DNA of 64,000 nt from Auanema rhodensis (taxonomy: Eukaryota > Animalia > Nematoda), in NCBI GenBank assembly GCA_964057225.1, contig OZ059898.1:15376001-15440000 (forward strand). The letters are read 5' to 3'. The notes under the pieces were generated by a model. The model did no database searches. It saw only the letters and a list, made by a program, of their open reading frames with translations, and was not told where the DNA came from. The translations under genes were made by a program, and so were the position numbers. Position 1 is the first letter of the stretch. The number at the start of each line of letters is the position of its first letter. Of the stretch, positions 62,563 to 64,000 are shown one piece after another.

Positions 62563-64000
62563 TTATTCTATGGAAATCACTTGATTGTCCAAGATTGAAC
62601 CTTTGCTAATCACATACTGTTCCGATTTCTTGTTTATTATCGTAACATTATTCTGAAATTTGTAATTTTTAACACTAAATGAAAGAAAAAGACAAACCTT
62701 TAATACTACGTCTTCTTCAAATGCTACATCTCCTTCAACTTTTAGATTTTCAAGATGCATAATATCTGGGAAATTGGTGACTCTTTCATGAAAATCCGAT
62801 ACCTAACCATAAGATAAGAATTATTTCCTATTATCTGTTGAATTACCTTCTGGAAATATGGACCAAGGGAAACAACTGGAGCAGGACCATTTCTATTAAG
62901 TTTCAATGTTCCATCATCTTCAAACTCATACAGTGAAGTGCAAATAGCAAATAGATCTTCGGTTTTTTTTACAGGAAGGAAACGATTCCTACCCACATGA
63001 ACGCCTAGAAATATAAATTTTGTTCTTCATTTCACTAGAAACTTTCAAAGGAAATTAGTTAGAAAATTAAAACTTACAATAAGCTCGAGGGAAATTACGA
63101 ATACATCCTCCAATAGAAGTTTCTAGTTGAATTACATCTCTACCAGCAACTTTCTGAAAGTTTAGAATTTATTACTAATAAGATTAAACTTGTTTCAAAC
63201 CTTTTTATTAACAATAATTTCACTTTTAATTGTTTTCAAATAATTTTTGACAGATTTTAAATTCACCCAAATATTATTTGTATTGAAAATTCTGAAATTA
63301 ATTAATAATTAGTCATTTTTTATTGTTAAATCCTACTTGAATGTTCGAGTAGAGCAAAACTCATCTAAATTCTCAGGGGGAACTTGTGGTATTTCAAGAT
63401 GCATTAGTTGTCCATTGATATCAATCAACGTTCCACCCTAAATTGAAGTTGAGTTGACCAAAACATCAATGAAAATATAGAAAACCTTGATATCCATTTG
63501 AGTCTTCTCAGTACATTCCATAAGATAATCAGCTTCAACATCCGCAAACCAACGAGCAATGCTTAAATCTGAGCACGCTCCTGTATTATCGATATTGGAG
63601 ACAAACATAATGTCTCGTCCTGAAGTAATGTTCATAGATTAGAGATGAAAGTAAGCTTTCTTTGTACCTTCTGACAATAGTTCATCAAGTAAACCTGAAA
63701 AGCTTAATGAAGCAAAGATATTACCATGACCTGGTGGATACCATCTGAATTTTATTTATAAACTATAAGGTACAGTTGTGAGATAATCACCTTTCTTCAC
63801 CTATATCATCTCCAAGTGGTAACAAAGTTTCAGCATCGATTCTTGGACATTTTGACTAATAAATCATACATTATATATCAAAAGTTCAACATTCAAATAC
63901 CTGAACGAATGTTTTAACCCAACTTGGTAATTTTGGCTTAGTAACATCATCGGTGTAGAACGAGTTCATAAGATACAACGGCACTTGACATTTATGTTTT
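62563..64000 (-). CDS. UTP-glucose-1-phosphate uridylyltransferase (UDP-glucose pyrophosphorylase, D1005.2-like), 5' part outside the window
   Basis: PLYLMNSFYT, KTFVQSKCPRID, WYPPGHGNIF, FVSNIDNTGA, DIKGGTLI, IFNTNNIWVNL, QLETSIG, RNRFLPVK, beta-helix tail LKVEGDVAF; ends VISIE*. Confidence 0.93.

Noticed and set aside
63911-63930. GTTTTAACCCA resembling an SL2 leader
   Set aside because: It is the antisense of a coding exon (WVKT) of the pyrophosphorylase gene.
1-64000. Transposase or reverse-transcriptase ORFs, rRNA, telomeric arrays, CRISPR
   Set aside because: None recognised; there is no tandem TTAGGC array, and the DNA is eukaryotic.

Overview
AT-rich, intron-dense nuclear DNA from a rhabditid-type nematode (introns mostly ~45-55 nt; TTTCAG/TAG/AAG acceptors, some directly upstream of start codons as in trans-spliced genes). 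It is probably not C. elegans, since the acox-1-like and del-1 genes each have 18 exons. There are two very different halves. (1) 1-38.5 kb holds a truncated tRNA-Arg(ACG), the inward-rectifier K+ channel irk-3, a ~30 kb gene-free stretch full of (GA/TC)n microsatellites and G/C runs, and a peroxisomal acyl-CoA oxidase of the acox-1.1 type. (2) 38.5-64 kb is compact and almost free of microsatellites: a secreted CPG4-like protein, the DEG/ENaC channel del-1, two unresolved small spliced loci, a probable com-1(CtIP)-pfd-6 operon, a secreted two-PAN-domain protein, a His-rich CPG4-like protein, dyf-6/IFT46 and a truncated UDP-glucose pyrophosphorylase. The least explained signal is a recurring family of short (C)ACGTG arrays and palindromes with ~10-14 bp internal spacing, found every few kb from 21 to 60 kb in introns, intergenic DNA and downstream of 3' ends. 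Other notable points: an ENaC-type PPxYxxL plus LxVP and PKA module in the DEL-1 N-terminus, COE sites at del-1, an intronic X-box in dyf-6, and Glu at the position of the CtIP T859 phosphosite. Gene models were spliced by hand and orthology comes from remembered protein sequences; no searches were run.
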